Both the position numbers and the translations under genes were made by a program. From Octopus sinensis (Eukaryota), in the NCBI RefSeq assembly GCF_006345805.1, contig NC_043000.1:19716001-19780000 (forward strand): a DNA stretch of 64,000 nt. Reading direction: 5' to 3'. Under the pieces are notes generated by a model. The model had not been told where the DNA came from and made no database searches. It saw only the letters and a list, made by a program, of their open reading frames with translations. Of this stretch, positions 1 through 13,113 are shown in pieces (position 1 is the stretch's first letter; the number at the start of each line of letters is the position of its first letter).

Positions 1-25
1 CACGAACTTTTCGGACAACCCAATA
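1..25 (-). mobile_element. Possible mariner-type terminal inverted repeat cut by the window edge
   Basis: Reverse complement TATTGGGTTGTCCGAAAAGTTCGTG resembles mariner TIR starts (TA-TTRGGTTG...AAAAGT); no partner visible. Confidence 0.3.
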
Positions 26-71
26 TTTTCTAAATGAGGTTTCTCAGTTGTATAATGATGAGTTGTATAAT

Positions 72-400
72 CCGTGTTGTGATTTGGAAAAGGGAATATG
101 TCGGTTAATGATTTCAAAGACTAGCTTTTCTAGATTTTTTGAAGATACACATATAAGGAAGAGGAATATATATGATGTTACTTCCCTTAGGTTTTGTTGA
201 TCTTCAGAATTATTATACTTTTGACCGGCTTCCAGATTCTGCAAATTCGATAGTAGTGTTACAAGTATTTGTAGATGCTGGTGAATACAGTGATCCTACA
301 GACCCTAGAAATTTTAGGTGTATGTTTGTGAAGCCGTCAGGTCCTGGGGCATTTTTTGGTTTCTCTCTTACTTTGTCGATCTCTCATGGAAGAACGGGAC
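72..400 (-). mobile_element. Degenerate non-LTR retrotransposon RT N-terminal fragment
   Basis: Minus strand reads KNAPGPDGFTNIHLKFLG and, after frameshifts, LEKLVFEIINRHIPFSKSQHG; these match the APGPDG and QHGF motifs of LINE RTs. Confidence 0.7.
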
Positions 401-593
401 CACAAAAATTATGGTCTAGGTGGAAGGTATTCTCATCTTCTGTGTGTAGCTTTTGTTGACTGATTTTCGAGAAATGTAAGATGAAGGCCTTTGCTTGCTG
501 TTGCAGAGTAGTTATATTACTTAAGGTTCTCATGGCTCAGGTGCTCCCATGCTGCTGCTAAGAAACCTTAGTTATATTTCTTAAGGTTCTCAT

Positions 594-954
594 GGCTCAG
601 TGGTTAGAGCGTCGAGCTTACGATCGTGAAGTTGTGAGTTCGATTCCCGGACCGGGCTGCGTGTTGTGTTCTTGAGCAAGACACTTTATTTCACGTTGCT
701 CCAGTTCACTCATCTGTAGAAATGAGTTGCGACTTCACTGGTGCCAAGCTGTATCGGCCTTTGCCTTTCCCTTGGATAACATAAGTGGTGTGGTGAGGAG
801 AGGATGGTATGTATGGGCGACTGCTGATCTTCCATAAACAACCTTGCCCGGACTTGTGCCTCGGAGGGTAACTTTCTAGGTGCAATCCCATGGTCATTTC
901 TGACCAAAGGGGGTCTCCTCCTCCTCCTCCTCCTCCTCCTCCTTCTCCTCCTCC
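594..954 (+). mobile_element. tRNA-derived CORE-type SINE (family A, tail T1) with (CCT)n tail and 12-bp TSD
   Basis: A box TGGCTCAGTGG, B box GTTCGATTCC, CORE-like GTGTTCTTGAGCAAGACACTT...CTCATCTGTAGAAATG; TAAGGTTCTCAT repeated at 582-593 and 955-966. Confidence 0.85.
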
Positions 955-991
955 TAAGGTTCTCATAACAACATAAAGATGTGACCATTCC

Positions 992-1405
992 TTTTATCTT
1001 TTAATATTTCACTTGTTTCAGTCGATAGACTGCGGCCATGCTGGGGCACCATCTTGAAGAAGTTCTAGTCGAACAAATCGACCCCGGTACTTATTTTTTA
1101 AAGCCCGATACTTATTCTGTCGTATTCTCTTGCCGAACCGCTATAGTATGGGGATGTAAACACACCAACACCTCTTGTCAAGCAGTGGTGGGGAAGAAAC
1201 ACATAAACACACACACACAGTGATGCAGATATCATATATATATATAAGACGGATTTCTTTCAGTCTCCGTCTAGCAAATCCACTCACAAGGATTTGGTCG
1301 GCACGAGGATACGCTTGCCAAAGGTGCCACGCAGTAGTACTGAACTTGGTACTATGTATTGGCAGGCAAGCTTCTTACCGCACAGCCACGCTTGCGTCTA
1401 TAATG
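992..1405 (-). mobile_element. SINE family B, older diverged copy
   Basis: Reverse complement aligns by eye to the family B head, internal microsatellite and TGACTGAAACAAGT tail of 9042-9384 and 26926-27319. Confidence 0.8.
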
Positions 1406-1502
1406 CTTCTGATTATTCTGCACAGTGTCTGGTTGTTATATTTTGCAATACATATTGAAACAAGTGTTTATTTTTATTTAGTTATATATTTATTTTTGCA
1501 TT

Positions 1503-1899
1503 TTTACTCTTTTACTTGTTTCAGTCATTTGACGACGGCCATGCTGGAGCACCGCCTTTAGTCGAGCAAATCGACCCCAGGACTTATTCTTTCGAAGCCT
1601 AGCACTTATTCTATCGGTCTCTTTTGCCGAACCGCTAAGTTACGGGGACGTAAACACACCAGCATCGGTTGTCAAGCGATGTTGGGGTGACAAACACAGA
1701 CACACAAACATATACACACACATACATATATACATATATACGACGGGCTTCTTTCAGTTTCCGTCTACTAAATCCACTCACAAGGCTTTGGTCGGCCCGA
1801 GGCTATAATAGAAAACACTTGCCCAAAGTGCCACGCAGTGGGACTGAACCTGGAACCATGTAGTTGGTAAGCAAGCTACTTACCACACAGCCACTCCTG
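1503..1899 (-). mobile_element. SINE family B, near-intact copy
   Basis: Head CAGGAGTGGCTGTGTGGTAAG...GGTTCAGTCCC, CORE-like TTGGGCAAGTG, internal TA/TG microsatellite, tail GACTGAAACAAGTAAAAGAGTAAAA. Confidence 0.9.
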
Positions 1900-1949
1900 T
1901 CACGGAGTTTTACTTTGGTTGTAGGCAGTTGCGATATATTATTAGCTTT

Positions 1950-2165
1950 TAGCTTTTACCCTTTACTTGTATCAGACATTGGATCCTGACCATACTGGGG
2001 CACAGCCTTGAAAATTTTAGTCGAATATATAGACCCTAGGGCTCACTTTTTTAAGTTTGGCATTTATTCTATCGGTTTCTTTTGCCAGGCAGCTATGTTA
2101 CGCGGACGATAACAAACCAACACCCGTTGCAAAGCGGTGGGAGGGACAAACACAAACACACACGC
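1950..2165 (-). mobile_element. SINE family B 3' half
   Basis: Diverged tail and body homologous to the adjacent copy; head missing. Confidence 0.65.
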
Positions 2166-2289
2166 ATACACATGCATGCGTACATATAAAAATAGATAAA
2201 TACATACATAGATACATACATACATACACACATATGTGCACGCATGCATATATATATATATGGAGGCGTTGGGTATTTGCACGTATGCA

Positions 2290-3545
2290 TTCGTGAATGT
2301 GCGTACGTACGTGTGTATGTATGTGTGTGTATGTATGTATGTATGTATGTATGTATGTATGTATGTATGTATGTATGTATCTATGTATGAATGCATATAT
2401 GTATGTATGCATGCATGTATGTATGTTTGTATGAATGCATGTATGTGTGTGTATGTATGTATGTATGCATGCATGCATGTATGAATGTATGTATGAATGC
2501 ATGTATGTATGTATGAATGCATGCATGTATGTGTGAATGTATGTATGTAAGTATGTATGTATGTATGCATGTATGTATGAATGCATGCATGTATGTATGT
2601 ATGCATGCATGTATGTATGTATGTATGTATGTATGTATGTATGTATGTATGTATGTATCTATGTATGAATGCATATATGTATGTATGCATGCATGTATGT
2701 ATGTTTGTATGAATGCATGTATGTGTGTGTATGTATGTATGTATGCATGCATGCATGTATGAATGTATGTATGAATGCATGTATGTATGTATGAATGCAT
2801 GCATGTATGTGTGAATGTATGTATGTAAGTATGTATGTATGTAAGTATGTATGTATGTATGCATGTATGTATGAATGCATGCATGTATGTATGTATGCAT
2901 GCATGTATGTATGTATGTGTATGTATGTATGTATGTATGTATATGTATGTATGTATGTATGTATCTATGTATGAATGCATATATGTATGTATGCATGCAT
3001 GTATGTATGTTTGTATGAATGCATGTATGTGTGTGTATGTATGTATGTATGCATGCATGCATGTATGAATGTATGTATGAATGCATGTATGTATGTATGT
3101 ATGCATGCATGTATGTGTGAATGTATGTATGTAAGTATGTATGTATGTATGCATGTATGTATGAATGCATGCATGTATGTATGTATGCATGCATGATGTA
3201 TGTATGTATGTATGTATGTATGTATGTATGTATGTATGTATGTATCTATGTATGAATGCATATATGTATGTATGCATGCATGTATGTATGTTGTATGAAT
3301 GCATGTATGTGTGTGTATGTATGTATGTATGCATGCATGCATGTATGAATGTATGTATGAATGCATGTATGTATGTATGAATGCATGCATGTATGTGTGA
3401 ATGTATGTATGTAAGTATGTATGTATGTAAGTATGTATGTATGTATGCATGTATGTATGAATGCATGCATGTATGTATGTATGCATGCATGTATGTATGT
3501 ATGTATGTATGTATGTATGTATGTATGTATGTATGTATGTATGTA
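2290..3545. repeat. (TATG)n/(TGCA) compound microsatellite with ~280-306 bp higher-order repeat
   Basis: Marker TATCTATG recurs at 2381, 2659, 2965 and 3246, each followed by the same order of variants. Confidence 0.9.
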
Positions 3546-4110
3546 TTAAAGTACTTGGTGTTCCTGGTGAGGGGTTTGAAAACCGCATTTCTGGTGCAGT
3601 ATTGTTTACGATTGTCGCAAAGGATGATAAAATCTTTTACTTCCATAAAAATGTTATCAATGACGTTAATGTTGTATTGCAGAACTTTAGTGGTTTTGTA
3701 TCAAGTTTATAAAGTTGATGTTTGTGAGTAAAGCGTGTATCATTAAATATATTTTGTTTGATCATGTGATGCACGAAAAGGGAGATAATATCAGTATTTC
3801 TTGTTTTATTCTTGTTGCAGTTAGTCTTATTGTTGGTTTTCCTGTAAAGCCATAATTTTTAGGATATTTGTAAGCTGTTAAATATTTCGGAGTTGTTGAG
3901 CATTGGTGTTTAAAGAAATGTATGAAGATGTGTGTTATCACTTTCATATGAGCTTGTATGTTCTGTAAAGAATTTTGGAATAATCTATAGGTATAGATTG
4001 GAAAAAATGGGTCACAGGAAGATTTCTTGTGATACTCTAGGTACCACATTGTGATATAACTTACTGTAATATCTAATGTTTGGTAGTACAGTCCACTTGA
4101 TCGTAAACAG
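3546..4110 (-). repeat. Dispersed repeat, probably a decayed LINE remnant; second copy at about 52890-53500 (+)
   Basis: ATATTACAGTAAGTTATATCACAATGTGGTA shared with 53153-53185; no clear protein motif. Confidence 0.55.
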
Positions 4111-4187
4111 GTATCACATGGTGGTATGACTCGCTACAGAAAGTAGATATCATACGTTAGTACAAAACAAATAATTCTAAAATAAGT

Positions 4188-4280
4188 ATTCTCACCTATG
4201 ATTATGAATGTTGGGTAATGACTGAAAGAGCACGCTCGCCAATGCAAGTTGCCGAAATGGGGTTTCTCCGAAGGATCTCT
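4188..4280 (+). mobile_element. RTE-clade LINE RT C-terminal fragment
   Basis: Reads ILTYDYECWVMTERARSPMQVAEMGFLRRIS, matching the RTE L-YG-E-W...AEM-FLRRI block. Confidence 0.75.
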
Positions 4281-4304
4281 AAGTAAAAAGATAAAGTTAG
4301 CTTC

Positions 4305-4533
4305 TCGGGTCATGCTGACTCATAAGACCCGGTTTCCCGGTCTCCATGGCGTATAAATTCCCTACCTTAACGGGACGCCGGTCCTTCACAGGATTACTTA
4401 TTTTTGCCAGCTGAGTGGGCTGGAGCAAAGTGAAATGAAGTGCTTTACTCAAGAAAAACAACGCGCTGTCTCGTCAAGGAATCGAAACCACAATCTTGTG
4501 TTCATGGGTCCAACACCCTAACCACTATGCCGC
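4305..4533 (-). mobile_element. CORE SINE family A with tail T3
   Basis: Reverse strand has tRNA head, CORE, then GGACCGGCGTCCCGT...ATACGCCATGGAGACCGGGAAACCGG tail. Confidence 0.75.
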
Positions 4534-4539
4534 TTCTAA

Positions 4540-5115
4540 TCGCCTCTTCTAACTTCTTAACTACGTCACCCTCTCCTCTATTTCTATCTATGGCTAGTGC
4601 TTTGCTATACCTAATTCCTTCTGCTTTTATTGCTCTTTTAAGGGCAAACCACCATTTGTTGTTGATAATGGCTTCTGTCAAAGTCCTCTTTGCTAGCGTG
4701 CTAATTCGGTCTCTGAAAACCTGACTCGACGGGAAAGAGACGTTCAGTTTCCAGTAACTTGGACCCTGCCTATGGGCCTTATCTAAATCTAGAGTACACG
4801 TGTAGCTGACTATGTGGAATTATGGACGTCCTAAGCTATCCCTATCTACTGTCCTACACGGTATTCTATTTAGGTATGATCTCGACGAGCCAATACGGTT
4901 GCTCCATGTCCACGTTGGCACATTTGGGTGGTCGAGTCGGTACCTATCGGACAGTTGAAAGCATCTGAGCAGGTCTCTGAGGCATTTGCATCCCCGTCTA
5001 TTCCTATCTCTGCCCACGTAGTCTAGATGCGTGTCCAATGTAGAGTTCCAGTCCCCTACTAAAAGTAAAGGACGAGACGTTCCTAGGAATACTTCTAGAC
5101 GCCGAAAGAAATCCG
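4540..5115 (-). mobile_element. L1/Tx1-type LINE apurinic endonuclease fragment
   Basis: Minus strand reads LLVGDWNSTLDTHLD, YRLDHPNVPTWTWSN..GSSRSYL and GPSYWKLNVS, hallmark L1/Tx1 APE motifs. Confidence 0.8.
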
Positions 5116-5119
5116 GCCG

Positions 5120-5390
<271 letters not shown>

Positions 5391-6396
5391 ATAGTTACAG
5401 AACTCCTGAGAAGAAAGACAACAGAACTGCTTAGAAGCAAAACAAACCTAGTTCCAATGCACAGAAACTGTTTCTATGGGAACGTAATGAGTAAGATTTT
5501 CAAGCTAAAAATATATAAGAAGCTGTGACGTTCATGTATTTTCCCCAGGAACCAAAAAATCAATGCGTCTGAAATGAAATAGAAGCGTTTCAAATGCAGA
5601 TATTCATCAACAGTGTATTGCATACATAAAGGCGTATTGTATACATACATGTGTGTGTGTGTGTATGTGTGTGTGTGTGTGTGTAGCTAACCACAGTTGC
5701 TGCATCAGACATACATGTATGTGTCTAGCTAGCCGCAGTTGTTACGTCAGTACCGGAAGTTGACATTCAAAAACTTTTTTAAAGAAGTTAATCTTATATT
5801 AAGCAATATTATTTATTTTTAATTTTAAAAAAATCAAGACCATACTATTGTATCCCAAGTCAAATTATTTATGCACCCCAAGTATGGAATCAATTCGTAC
5901 AGCCGTTTTCGAGTGAAAAGCGAACACGTATACACACGCGCACACACAGATCTATTTTATATATAAGGTGTGAGATTCTACTTTATTTTTATTTAATATA
6001 CAGAACACTCAGGGAGTGACCTGTATACAAAATAAAAATAGACTGAGACGTGCAGTAAAGATAAAAAGCACAGCAAAGTGAAGTCAAGCAACGCACGAAA
6101 TCCCAAACCTCCATGTTTAACAGGTAATCAAATCTGAACCCAAACTGAGTTAGACAAGTCGAAATTGATAAAAACGGAGAAACAATCCCATATGAAAGTG
6201 GAAAATTGGAACAGATAAGCAATAATAGGCTGGTGTGAAGATCTAGGACGTAGAAGGTATGCATAGAACGTAGAAGGTATACGGGTTAAATTTGATAGTT
6301 TGCATAAAATAAAAAGGAACCACAATATCCCGTCATGAATTAAAATATTTTTAAAAATTAAAAGATAATGGCTAGATAATGGCTGGGAGATAACAG

Positions 6397-7110
6397 TTAC
6401 TCAAAGCTTTCACCACAGCGTCAATACAGCACCGGAACCTGATTCCTTGCTGTGCCCCTGGGAAGATCTTCGAACACCTCATTGACCTTTGCTACCAGCT
6501 TGGCCTCAGCGTTGCGGAAAGAATGTCTGGTGTCTTTTTATCAGTTACACCCCTCACATACCAGTCCGCGGGAATACAATCTGGAGAATTAGGGGGCAGA
6601 AACTGGGGTTGGTGAAGACGTAGAAATTTTTCGACAATCACTTCTGACTGTTTCCGGGAAGTATGACAAGGAGCCGAATCCGGATACTAAGCATATGGGC
6701 TTCTAGCAGCAATCATCTCCAGCCAGGACCACAGTTTCCGGCAGTTTCACATAGACGTCTGAAATGAGCCTAAGACTTTGTTCAAAGATGTGGACGGCGT
6801 GATGTCACTCTCACTGGAAACACACCCAGTGACCATAACAGTTTGGGAGAACTTGGTTTTCATTATATCTATATCACATCTTACAGCTTTTACAGTGTTC
6901 GCAAAGCATTGGTTCATAGTCATAATGTCAGCATTTTGTTACCTGGTGCGAATCATCATGATACAGGTAACTCTTTTCCAGTATTCAGATAGCTTCCAGT
7001 CCCCCGTGTCAGCTAACTTCTTCTCAACAACAACTTTAATCTTTATGCTCTCCACCGCCACTGATTTTTCACTAATACATGGAGCTGTTCCTGACAAAAG
7101 TAGGCAAAAG
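6397..7110 (-). mobile_element. Tc1/mariner maT-type (DD37D) transposase remnant, copy 1
   Basis: Minus strand VMVTGCVSSE, DSAPCHTSR, LPPNSPDCIPAD; homologous to 23410-24440. Confidence 0.8.
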
Positions 7111-7402
7111 ATCATCAAATCTAGCCAGTACCGCCTGTATATTGGCAGGGAGGTTAAAGCTATTTTCGAAGCAAGAGAAAGGCCTAATGTGGTTTAATAT
7201 TTTGAAGATTTTTGGCCATGCAGGAGAAAGAAGTTATTTTGTTTTTGAACAAAAAAGACAAAACTGTACATATAAAGGGCAGCAGTCAGAGTCCGATCCG
7301 AACTTTTCGACATTGATAATAGTGAAGAAGTAATCCCATGTCACAGCAGGGAAGTGGAGCAGGCAAGCAATATGCTGATATGAAGAAGGTATATATGAAG
7401 AA

Positions 7403-7634
7403 GGTGAGCTAGCAGAATCGTTAGCACGCCGGGCGAAATGCGTAGCCGTATTTCGTCTGCCGTTATGTTCTGAGTTCAAATTCCGCCGAGGTCGACTTTG
7501 CCTTTCATCTTTTCGGGGTCGATAAATTAAGTACCAGTTACGCACTGGGGTCGATGTAATCAACTTAATCCGTTTGTCTGTCCTTGTTTGTCCCCTCTAT
7601 GTTTAGCCCCTTGTGGGTAGTAAAGAAATAGGTA
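7403..7634 (+). mobile_element. SINE family C with TSD
   Basis: Head GAGCTAGCAGAATCGTTAGC, B box GAGTTCAAATTCC, tail GTAGTAAAGAAATAGGTAT; AGGTATATATGAAGAAGGT at 7387-7405 and 7630-7648. Confidence 0.85.
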
Positions 7635-7659
7635 TATATGAAGAAGGTATATAGGAACA

Positions 7660-7857
7660 AGGCCTGAAATTTTAAGGGAGGGGGCTAGTTGATTACATTG
7701 ACCCCAATGCTCAATTGGTACTTATTTTATCGATCCCGAAAGGATCAAAAGCAAAGTCGACTACAGCAGAATTTGAACTCAGATCGTAAAGCCAGAAAAA
7801 ATACTGCAAAGTAATTTGTTCGGCGTGCTAACGATTCTACCAAGCTTGCCGTCTTAA
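7660..7857 (-). mobile_element. Older family C-related SINE (family D)
   Basis: Reverse complement shares GAATCGTTAGCACGCC, GAGTTCAAATTC and ATAAGTACCA blocks with family C. Confidence 0.7.
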
Positions 7858-8539
7858 AGAAGGTGAATCGTGAGAGGAAAGTTTTAAATGTTTTCTTGGC
7901 AAGAAATATGAGTGATGTGAGTTAATATTTTTAAGATCGCCGGTCATGCGTGAAAACGATTTTAGTTATTGAACAGAAATGACAAGATGTCAAGTGTATG
8001 AAGAGCATCTGTCAGAGTCTTGCCTGAAACTTTCCGACACGAAAATCGAAGGAAAAACGTTGGGGAACATATTGTTTTCTAGCAAACATCGACTGTATGA
8101 CTAAGAGAGACGGCCATTTGCACTTCTATTTTAAATTGGAAAACAAGCTTCATAAGAGAATATATCACTTATAAAATTGTCACTTAGGGTGACATTGTCG
8201 AGAAACTACATTGTTGAACTCTGGGACGTCAGATTTAGTTACGTCATCGAAGGTAATATCAAGTGTATTGTATACCCAAGTAGCAGTAGACAAAAGTTGA
8301 TGCGGCTTTATACTGGAAACAAAAGAATTATTACACACCTTTAAATATACTGAATAGAAATCGATCCTCTAACAGGTTATGTATTTAGGTTAGCGTTATT
8401 GGGGTAAACTAACAACACCAACAACAGTAGCAGTAACCATTAGTTACGGTGTTTAATCCATATATTGACTAAAGCAATGTAAAAATATTTTATTCGACAC
8501 TCATATTGCGTCCCCTACATTTACACGTGTAAAATATCC

Positions 8540-8665
8540 TTCTCTCTCTCTCTCTCTCTATAATATATATATATATATATATATACTTACAAATGTGTGT
8601 TTGGAGAGAGGTCTGAAGTCTATGTGGGCACAATTGTGTGCATGTACATGTTGCTCTGTCTCTCA

Positions 8666-8725
<60 letters not shown>

Positions 8726-8950
8726 ACATATGTGTGTGTTTGTGAGTGTGCGTGTCGATAATTAGGTTCGTCTTGAATTATACCCATATATGTAAGCGTG
8801 CGTATGCATGTGACAGAATGTGCGCATAAGTGGGAACCAGTATTCTCATCTGCGCATGTATATGTGTGTATCTGCGCATGTATATGTGTGTATCTGCGCA
8901 TGTATATGCGCGCATATATATATATATATATATATACACGCGCGCGAACA
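8540..8950. repeat. Compound CT/TA/TG microsatellites
   Basis: Direct reading. Confidence 0.85.
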
Positions 8951-9041
8951 GACACACACACACAAATTTATGATTATAAATTTCGTAGTCTGATAAGTAC
9001 AACTTAGTAACTTATCCAAATTAAAAAAATTTTTTAATATA

Positions 9042-9384
9042 GGCGCAGGAGTGGCTGTGTGATAAGTGGCTTGCTTACCAACCACATGGTTCAGGGTTCA
9101 TTCCCACTGCGTGGCACCTTGGACAAGTGTTTTCTACTATAGCCTCGGGCCGATCAAAACCTTGTGAGTGGATTTGGTAGACGGAAACTGAAAGAAGCGC
9201 GTCGTATATATATGCGTGTGTATATGTTTGTGTGTCTGTGTTTGTCCCCCAACATCGCTTGACAACCGATGCTGGTGTGTTTACGTCCCCGTAACTTAGC
9301 GTAACTAGGCTTCGAAAGAATAAGTCCTGGGGTCGATTTGCTCGACTAAAGGCGGTGACTGAAACAAATAAAAGAGTAAAAGAG
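9042..9384 (+). mobile_element. SINE family B with internal deletion near 9300
   Basis: GGCGCAGGAGTGGCTGTGTG head and GAAACAAATAAAAGAGTAAAAGAG tail; the GGTTCGGCAAAAGAGACCGATAG block is absent. Confidence 0.85.
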
Positions 9385-9388
9385 AAAG

Positions 9389-9419
<31 letters not shown>

Positions 9420-10122
9420 TGTCGTGTCTGGGGAGAGTCATTTTCTTTTTGTGCCTTATAATTTAACACATTCACCGGTAAAAGTTCCACTTATTTCTTA
9501 TTTTTATTTTCGTTGCGTCTCGCAACCTTTTCAATAGTCTTGACTCTGTCCGTTATTTACACTGCGTTCCTTTTTGTTTGTTTGTGTGCATGTATGTGTG
9601 TGCCTATGCATGCATGCATGCATGTATGTATGTATGTATGTATGTATGTATGTATGTATGTATGTATGTATGTGTGCGTGTGCATATGTATATTTCTATG
9701 TATGTGTGTGCATCTGTATGTATGTATTCTGCATATTCATGCGCTTGCGTGTCCGTGTTTGTATGTTTTTATGTATGTGTGTGTGCATGTGTTTATATAT
9801 GTATGCACATCTGTCTCCTTGTGGTGTGCATGTCTGAGTGTGTGTGTGTTGCAACCATGTACCGTGTTTGTATGTATGGATGTGCATCTCCATATGTGTG
9901 GACACATGTCTCCATATGTGTCCTTGTGTGAAGTAAAGTGTGTGTATATATGGTCATGTATTTCAGTCTCCATTTGCGTATGTGTGCTTGTCTGTTCCTA
10001 TAATCTATGTACCCATCCGTCTGTATGTTGATCTGTTTATTTTCATATCCATATGCTTGCATACATGTGCATATACACCCACACATACATGCATCTATCT
10101 ATATAACAGCCCACTAACTATT

Positions 10123-10506
10123 CTACTCTACCTGTGTAAACTGTGGGTATGGGGGTATGATATCTACTATGTATATATTCCTCTTCAGTATTGGGGAAGT
10201 TTCATTTATAAGGACGCACTCCCGTATTTGTCTGAGTGTTGGGTATTTTGGATGCTTGGATAAGATGCGGATGTCAAGTTGACCGGGGTTGCCTCCATGC
10301 TGGTCTTTAGCATGTTGGTAGAGTATGGAGGACAGTTTTTTGTCGTCATATTGTCTCAGATGTTCATTTAGTCGTTCCGCAAGGCTCCTAGATATCTCTC
10401 TTATGTATGTTATGTTCATGTCTTTACAAGCACCTTTTATGCATCTTATGCTGTAAACTACATCTCTGGTTCTACAGTTAATGCCAGGGTTAATCCTACA
10501 TACCAT
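10123..10506 (-). pseudogene. GIY-YIG endonuclease domain of Penelope-like element 1
   Basis: NCRTRDVVYSIRC...YIREISRSLAERLNEH...QHAKDQH...RQIRECVLI fits PLE GIY-YIG layout. Confidence 0.8.
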
Positions 10507-10944
10507 GCAGTTATCATTGGTGCATATGGTATTCTCAAAGGAGTACGTCCTACATAGTTGTGATCTGACGGAGTTCCTTGGCTTTTCAACAATCTTAATG
10601 TTGAGTTTGGTCTCCTTCAGAGCTTTTCAAAATCTACGGGCTAGTTCTCCATGGGCTGTGGCCTCTACAAGCATCAATCCTTGATATTTGTCGGTTTTAT
10701 ATCACGTGTTCACCCTGTTTGCTTTATCGCAAGTTCTTTGTATCCTATTCCATTCTTTGTTTCTATATCTTGGGCAGGTACCACTGGTATCATTACGTAT
10801 AATGTTATCTAATTTCTTTCTAGCCCCCCTGTATACTCAAACCCTATCTTTTTGATCATATCCAGAGAACTGCATGCGATGCATGAAGTTCTGTATATGT
10901 TTTCTTCGTTTCATAGGGTTTGCATAGTGAGGAGACATTGTTCA

Positions 10945-12085
10945 TTATCCTAACAAGTCTGCTATCAGTATGTTAATTTTCATGTTGTGTGACAAAGCTG
11001 AGTTCTTGTGAACAACATATTTTGAAGTTATGGGCTTCATGTAATAGGAGTGGAGGAGCTGCACTCTATTGTTCACAGTCTCTAACCAAAGTTCAGTATC
11101 AAGTACAGAGAGTCTATTGTTGGGGTGCTTAGTGGGGTAATCTATAGTTACCTTGATACTTTGGTGGATGGAGTTAGCTATTTGCTGGATGCTCTCCATT
11201 ACGTTCTTCTCAGTTTCTACACAACCATCACTAGAGTTGATTCTAACTATGATATTAATGTCATCTACATAGCTACTGTAGAGTAGAAGAGGTGTGGACT
11301 GTTCTGCTAACATTTCTGTCCCACCAGGTCATGAAGAGGCCGGCCACATCTCCAGCTACACCGACACCGATGGCTGTACCTTGAACCCGCATGTATAATT
11401 TTTTGTTAAACTTTACTATGTGGTTCTTCAAGGTGGTTTTTACACTGACCCCTATTGCATATGCAATCATTTCTTTCACCTGATTGTTGTTCTCAGGGTT
11501 TTTGATGGGTGTGGTCCAGCCACTTCAGCGCTCTGTGGTGCTTTTCTTCACTGTTGAAGTGATGGTGGGTGGTCCACCCCTCTGCGACCTGGTGGAGCAG
11601 AATCTACTGAGGTCATGGTCATCTAAATCGTTACTGTCATAGCTTTGTCTGAGGAGGAGGCCCAGTTCCCTCGTGTTGACCTTACAGAACTCCACCTCAC
11701 TCTCACAGATTACCTGAATGCGTTTCTCCACAGAAAAATCTATGTCTATAGATGGGTAGAGTGAAATTACATCCATACTACCCACTACACAACCTGTGAG
11801 GTCGTTGGAATGGTTGCAAGAACTGATTTTACTGAGATCTTCCGTGCTCACACAGACATTTGGAGACATCTCTATGAGAGGTCGTAATACCAGTGAGAGG
11901 AAGTAGGACAGTCTATAGTTGCTGGAGATATTCACTCCGCAAACTGGTCTGGTTGGGGGTCCAACGACAGGGTTTATGTAGGGTTTATGTAGGGTTCCGT
12001 ATAGTGTAGGAACATCATTGTTGGATGCCTGGAAATTGTGTGCCGTCCTTTTTATTGGTTGGAGTATGTTGCACCACATTCCCAT
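10945..12085 (-). pseudogene. Frameshifted Penelope-type reverse transcriptase
   Basis: Motifs split across ORFs 11525-12085, 11273-11479 and 10945-11313. Confidence 0.8.
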
Positions 12086-13113
12086 GTGTGCTTGAGGAGT
12101 TTTTCCACTCGTTCATGTTCCTGTGGTGTAACTTCTCTCATGCTACTGTTGTGCTGTTGCATGGTCTGGACATAGTTCTGTGGGCTGTCTATTGATAGTC
12201 TGCCAGACTTGTCCCTAGGGAGGCACGCTAATTCTCTGTTCCTAATTTGCTGTTTCAGTTTTTACAGGCCTTTATCCACAGATGAGCTGAATTGGTGGGT
12301 CACATCCTCACTATGTTTTTTAGTGGATTTATTGTATCGGTCTAAGATATGTCGGAGTCTATTTCTAGCTAAGGAGATCTTTGCTTCTGTTTCACTGTCA
12401 ATTTGGGGTGGGATACATACCCTTTTGTTGAAGGGTAAGTCTGTGGGGTAGATCCTCGGCATGTCATAAAATTTGTTAGGGTTATAGAAGACAGAGTGCA
12501 GAGTGTTATTATCGTTGTAGTTGTTGTTGTTATAGTTGCTGGTATTGTTGTTGTTGTTGTTGCTGATGGTGGCGGTGGTGGTGGTAGTGCTTGTGTTGTG
12601 CCTATTGTTGTTGTTGTGGGTGGTGTTGTTGGTAGTGGTGTGGATGATATGGTTGTTATCGTTATCTGTGTGTGGGATGTTGTTCTTGTTATTGTTGCTA
12701 TCATCATCTTACTGCTGTTGTTATTATAATAGTAGTCTCTGTTTCGTACGCTTGTGTTGTTGTTGTTGTTATAGTTGTCTGAGTGAGGAATGTTGTGGTT
12801 GTCGTGGTTGTTGTTGTTATTGCCACTATTGTTGTTGTCATCAACACCGCTATTGCTATTGTTGTTGTTGATTTGGTTTCGTATGTTTCTGTTCTCGTTG
12901 TTGTATTGTCCTAACCTCCATCTTAATTTTAAGAACGTTTTTTTCAATTTCAAACAGACAATCAATTTTTCTAACCTTTTTATATGTAGCGAATTTTGGT
13001 GGTAACTCTAAAGCATGAATTTCATCTGTATCTAACTGTACTGCACCATATCTTCCAGAAGTGTATTTATTGTTGTTGTTGTTGTTGTTGGCGGTATTGT
13101 TTTCCGGTGTCCT

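Noticed and set aside
594-665. tRNA genes at SINE heads throughout the window
   Set aside because: A and B boxes run directly into CORE/body and tail sequence with TSDs; acceptor stems are not intact
2064-3646. Long ORFs of 376-421 aa (HTYI/MYVC repeats), and similar ones at 13.5-16.8, 48.3-48.8 and 56-61 kb
   Set aside because: Translations of TATG/CATA/TA/CA microsatellites that lack stop codons by construction; no coding signal
5750-5760. Isolated ETS-type ACCGGAAGT site as a promoter
   Set aside because: Single short motif without CpG-rich context or companion sites
8000-8420. Possible piggyBac transposase remnant
   Set aside because: Only a weak VDES-like resemblance; no TTAA/TIR or further motifs
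12369-12965. Asn-rich prion-like protein ORF
   Set aside because: Derived from an (AAC)n tract in the decayed Penelope 5' region; not in a continuous frame with the RT
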